From Veleropilina oligotropha (Eukaryota): a DNA stretch of 64,000 nt. Numbering within the stretch: position 1 is the first letter of the stretch; each line of letters starts with the position of its first letter. The translations under genes and the position numbers were made by a program. Below the pieces are notes generated by a model, which ran no database searches, had not been told where the DNA came from, and saw only the letters and a program-made list of their open reading frames with translations. The stretch lies in contig JBEUKZ010000101.1 of NCBI GenBank assembly GCA_048128005.1, positions 62,001-126,000 on the forward strand, read 5' to 3'. Shown piece by piece: positions 59,715 through 64,000 of the stretch.

Positions 59715-61625
59715 ATATTCAAAGTCAATGGCTACAGACACTGGAGAGCTGACCGTAATAGTCGATGAGGAGGGATCATAGCCTACCTACGTTCAGATAT
59801 ACCTGGTGGTCGACAAACAAGACATGAATTCTCAACAATTGAAAGTATAGCCATAGACATTCAAATTCAAAAGCGAAAATGGCTTATCTTAGGATCATAC
59901 AAGCCACCAGCCCTAAAGAACACAGACTTCTCCACAGACTTTATCTCTACACTAGATATGATCAGTTGTAAATATGATAATTTGATTGTTTTAGGGGATT
60001 TAAACTTCGACCTACTGTCCCCAGATAAAGCTGAGCCCGTTCTTAATGCATGTGACATTCTTGACCTGCATAACCTTATAAACGGTCGCACTTGCTACAC
60101 CAAAAATCATGCACCATCTTTGATTGACATTTTCTTAGCAAACAAACCAAACCTCCTCTCTAACCTCCGCAACTTTAACTCTGGTCTAAGTGATCGTCAC
60201 AATATCATATCTGCTCAATTTCGGTCATCAATGGATAAGTCCAACAAAATCAAAATTCCATATCGGAGCTGTAAAAACTTTGATCAAGCTAAGTTTGCCG
60301 AAAATTTGAGACACACCTTTTCATGTAGCACATATTTTTGATGACACAGATGATGTCTATTGGGCGCACGAAAAGATGCTTGGAGATGTTATAGAACATA
60401 ATGCCCCAACAAAATTCCGTTATCCACGTCGAAATAGTGCCCCTTTCATGAACGGCATGCTTCGTAAGCAAATTATCAGAAAGAAGATGCTCTTCAATAA
60501 TTTTCATAAATGTAAAAAATGACAGAAACTGGCACCATTACAGAAAACAACGGAATCTAGTTACCAAATTATATTGGCAATCTGTCAATAATTATTTCAT
60601 TGAACGATGTACTGGCGGTGCCAAATCTAAGTATTTCTGGCCCACCATCAAACCTTTTTTGTCCCGTAAAGATTGCTCGTCTAATAATAGTAATTTCACT
60701 GTACTAGTTGAAGACAATAATACTGTAACTAATCAATCTGATGTCTGTGAAATTTTTAACGATCATTTTGCCAATATCGCTAATGATATCGGTCGCAATG
60801 GTTCATCTTCTGATTTTCACTCACATCCTAGTATAACACTGATCAATGAAAACACAATATGTGACAAGCAAAGCTTTTATTTCAATCAAGTCACTGAAGA
60901 CTTTGTCAAGAAAACCATAACCTCAATTGGCTTTAAAAAGGCGACAGGTATAGATGGGGTCTCTTCTAAACTGCTAAGGCTCGCCAAGGACGAGATAACA
61001 GCTCCCATCACTTCGCTGATAAATAAGTCGATTTCCTCGAATGTATCCCCTGACCTCCTGAAAAAGACCCAAGTGGTTCCCATATACAAAAAAATGATTC
61101 CTCTTGCAAATCCAACTACAGACCGATAAGTATTCTGCCCATGACTTCAAAAATCTTTGAAAGGGCCCTAAATACTCAATTAACAGAGTACTTTGATGGA
61201 CTTTTTCATCCCAATCTTTCTGCCTTCCGTAAGGGATATGGCTGTCAAACAACCTTATTAAGGGCTATTGAAGACTGGCGCAAGGCCCTTGACGAACATA
61301 AATTTGTAGCAGCCATTCTAATGGACCTATCTATGGCTTTTGATTGTTTACCACACAATTTATTATTGGAAAAACAAAGCCTATAATCTTACCGATGATG
61401 TTATTTCTTTATTATCTAGCTATTTAACAAACAGGAAACAACCGGTCAAATCTGGCTCCCATGTCAGCTCCTGGAAACAACTTTCAAAAGGAGTCCCACA
61501 GGGGTCCATTCTCGGCCCTCTACTCTTCAATGTATTTATTAACGACATATTCTATTGCATAACTGACTGTTCACTTTATAATTATGCTGATGATAACACC
61601 ATATCATATTCTCATAATAATAATA
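59715..61625 (+). pseudogene. Decayed CR1/L2-group LINE ORF2 (APE endonuclease and RT)
   Basis: Fragments GYRHWRADRNSR*GGIIAY, GSYKPP, VLGDLNFDLL, SLIDIFLAN, GLSDRH, KKATGIDG, SKIFER, ILMDLSMAFDCLPH, GVPQGSILGPLLFNVFIND and YADDNT, with many stops and frameshifts. Confidence 0.9.
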
Positions 61626-63223
61626 AAGAGCTTGCTTAATTTCATCTTCTGGTTGCTTAATAATTACATTGTATCATATGGGAAAGCCTCAAGAATCCAT
61701 CTCTGGTTATTTATCATTATGAAGTTTTATGTACTAGTACACTTCTTAGCAGTTTCAGCAGACCTACAATCAGACTCCAACATATTGTCCGTTGACACTG
61801 CCATACCAGTACAAGACTATATTCCTCGCTGTTCATTTTATGATTTAATTCCCATCTACACCCACACTCTGTGATAGAAATTAAGATTTTGCTCACGTCT
61901 GACATACCATATATGCTGTGCGGTACGTGCATATAGCTTGTACTATCAATATTATAGTATGGGCTGAGGACTAATTTAACAAAATAAAATAGCAATCATT
62001 TCAAGACTGTTTATATAGCTGTATTTCCATGTTTCTCAGATCGCACCAAAAATTTAAAATATGAACGTGATATGAAATTTGGTCTCTTTCATGATTCTAT
62101 CATGGATTATGAATCACAATGGCTTGTAATAGCAATTAATTTACCATCATGGTTGGCAACATTCTTTTAAGACCACTTTTAGCAATTTTTCAGCTGTGTC
62201 GGTACATCCGGTTTAAGGTCTCGCTCTGATCTGACCGACATACATTAGGGACCACTTTAAAACTTAGGCCTACTCATCTCCGGTCCACCCCCTGGCTCCC
62301 CGGTTATATCTGTTTTGATCGCCTGTTTTTTGTATTTTATAAAATTCTAATTTGATATACCGGTATAGGCCTATATATATGTGGTAAAGGTGAAATAAAT
62401 ATTTATTAATTTCATACTGTATACAGAGTATAAATTCAAAAAGCATGCTAATTAATTAGTTGATATATTCATTTCAAAGGAAGACTGAACATTTTTGTTT
62501 TATTGTTAAAATCTGTTAAAAATAGGATTTGTGATATCGAGAATACAGTACGTGTTATATATTAATTATGAACACAACAAAGCAAAGGTAAATCGTTTTT
62601 TCACACAAGAATGTCAAGTGTGCAATGATGAAATTGCGTCCATGCATGCCTTAATATTTGTGTACTAAATGAAATGTAAATTAATTAAACCACACGTCAT
62701 GTTTTTATCAGAAAACAAGTTGTGAGAGTACATACATTAGGGACCACTTTAGGTACATACATTAATGTAGGGTAGCGATCGTGGTGATCATTTTATTTGA
62801 ACAGTGAACAATTCTTATCCGATTTGATGTGCACATTAGTTATGATGAGGACACCACGTGTAACGATTTTCGTCGTTTTCAGATTAAAGATGGCTGGCAT
62901 TGTGGATTCGAGGATTTGATAGTTTTATTAAGTTCGTTCAGATTATGTACCTTTACGCTTTCACTATATGCTTCCTTACAGTACTCTTTAATTTAAGACC
63001 GTTGTAACGCTTTAATTTAAAATTCTGTGCAATTATATTGTACAGTTTGCATACCAATTGTCTGTTTGCATTTATATTTTATTTTACTTATTATCTTTCG
63101 TTACCCATCAGTAATTGAAGCAAAAACAATTAGTGTATTATGAGGTAATGCCACACAGAATGAGTATTTGAAAAAAGAATCTTATTAACACCATGAATCT
63201 GATTAGTTAATATTTGTGATCAT

Positions 63224-64000
63224 GAATACCCTGGCACAGAACATGATATGTGAACACCCTGGTCTAGAACATATGTGAATACCCTGGTCCAGAACATATG
63301 TGAATACCCTGGTCCAAACATATGTGAATACCCTGATCCAGAACATGATATGTGAACACCCTGGCCCAGAACATGATATGTGAATACCTTGGCCCAGAAC
63401 ATATGTTAATACCCTGGCCCAGAACATGATATGCGAATACCCTGTTCCAGAACATGATATGCGAATACCCTGGTGCAGAACATGATATGTGGATACTCTG
63501 GTCCAGAACATGATATGTGAATACCCTGGCCCAGAACATGATATGTGAACACCCTGGCCAAGAACATGATACATGAATACCCTGATCCAGAACATATGTT
63601 AATACCCTGGCCCAGAACATGATATGTTAACACCCTGGCCCAGAACATATGTTAATACTCTGGTCCAGAACATGATATGTGAATACCCTGGCCCAGAACA
63701 TGATATGTGAACACCCTGGCCCAGAACATGATACGTGAATACCCTGATCCAGAACATATGTTAATACTCTGGTCCAGAACATGATATGTGAACACCCTGG
63801 CCAAGAACATGATACGTGAATACCCTGATCCAGAACATATGTTAATACCCTGGCCCAGAACATGATATGTGAACACCCTGGTCCAGAACATGATATGTGA
63901 ACACCCTGATCCAGAACATGATATGTGAATACCCTGGCCCAGAACATGATATGTGAATACCCTGATCCAGAACATGATATGTGAATACCCTGGTCCAGAT
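63224..64000. repeat. 25/28-bp minisatellite running off the window end
   Basis: Unit gaataccctggcccagaacat(gat)atgt with a 3-bp length polymorphism. Confidence 0.95.

Noticed and set aside
63224..64000. 25/28-bp repeats as CRISPR, or the overlapping ORFs as genes
   Set aside because: Head-to-tail minisatellite; ORFs in several frames are artefacts of the repeat.

Overview
Repeat-rich eukaryotic (animal) genomic DNA, probably from a marine invertebrate such as a mollusc or other lophotrochozoan; the taxon is inferred only from the repeat families. One host gene can be reconstructed: a six-coding-exon TRIM E3 ligase (RING, B-box1, degenerate B-box2, coiled coil, PRY/SPRY; 530 aa; + strand, 25454-40456). 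The rest is mobile DNA. It includes the 3' end of a hAT transposon, an AcademH-type element (RecQ-like helicase, 10-bp TSD, 1373-6023), an apparently intact DIRS tyrosine-recombinase retrotransposon (6680-14152), and two inverted Tc1 DD34E copies that bracket the TRIM gene. It also includes a young Ty3/Gypsy element in TRIM intron 1, an AcademX element (3-bp TSD), two CR1/L2-group LINEs, tRNA-derived SINEs, several Helentron-type non-autonomous elements, Harbinger relics and minisatellites. The most striking unexplained signal is at the two ends of the AcademH element. Each end carries its own hairpin of identical geometry (12 nt from the tip, 10-bp stem, 13-nt loop), and all three stem differences between the ends are compensatory. 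Both young retroelements sit in the second copy of a tandem duplication whose first copy is the empty site.
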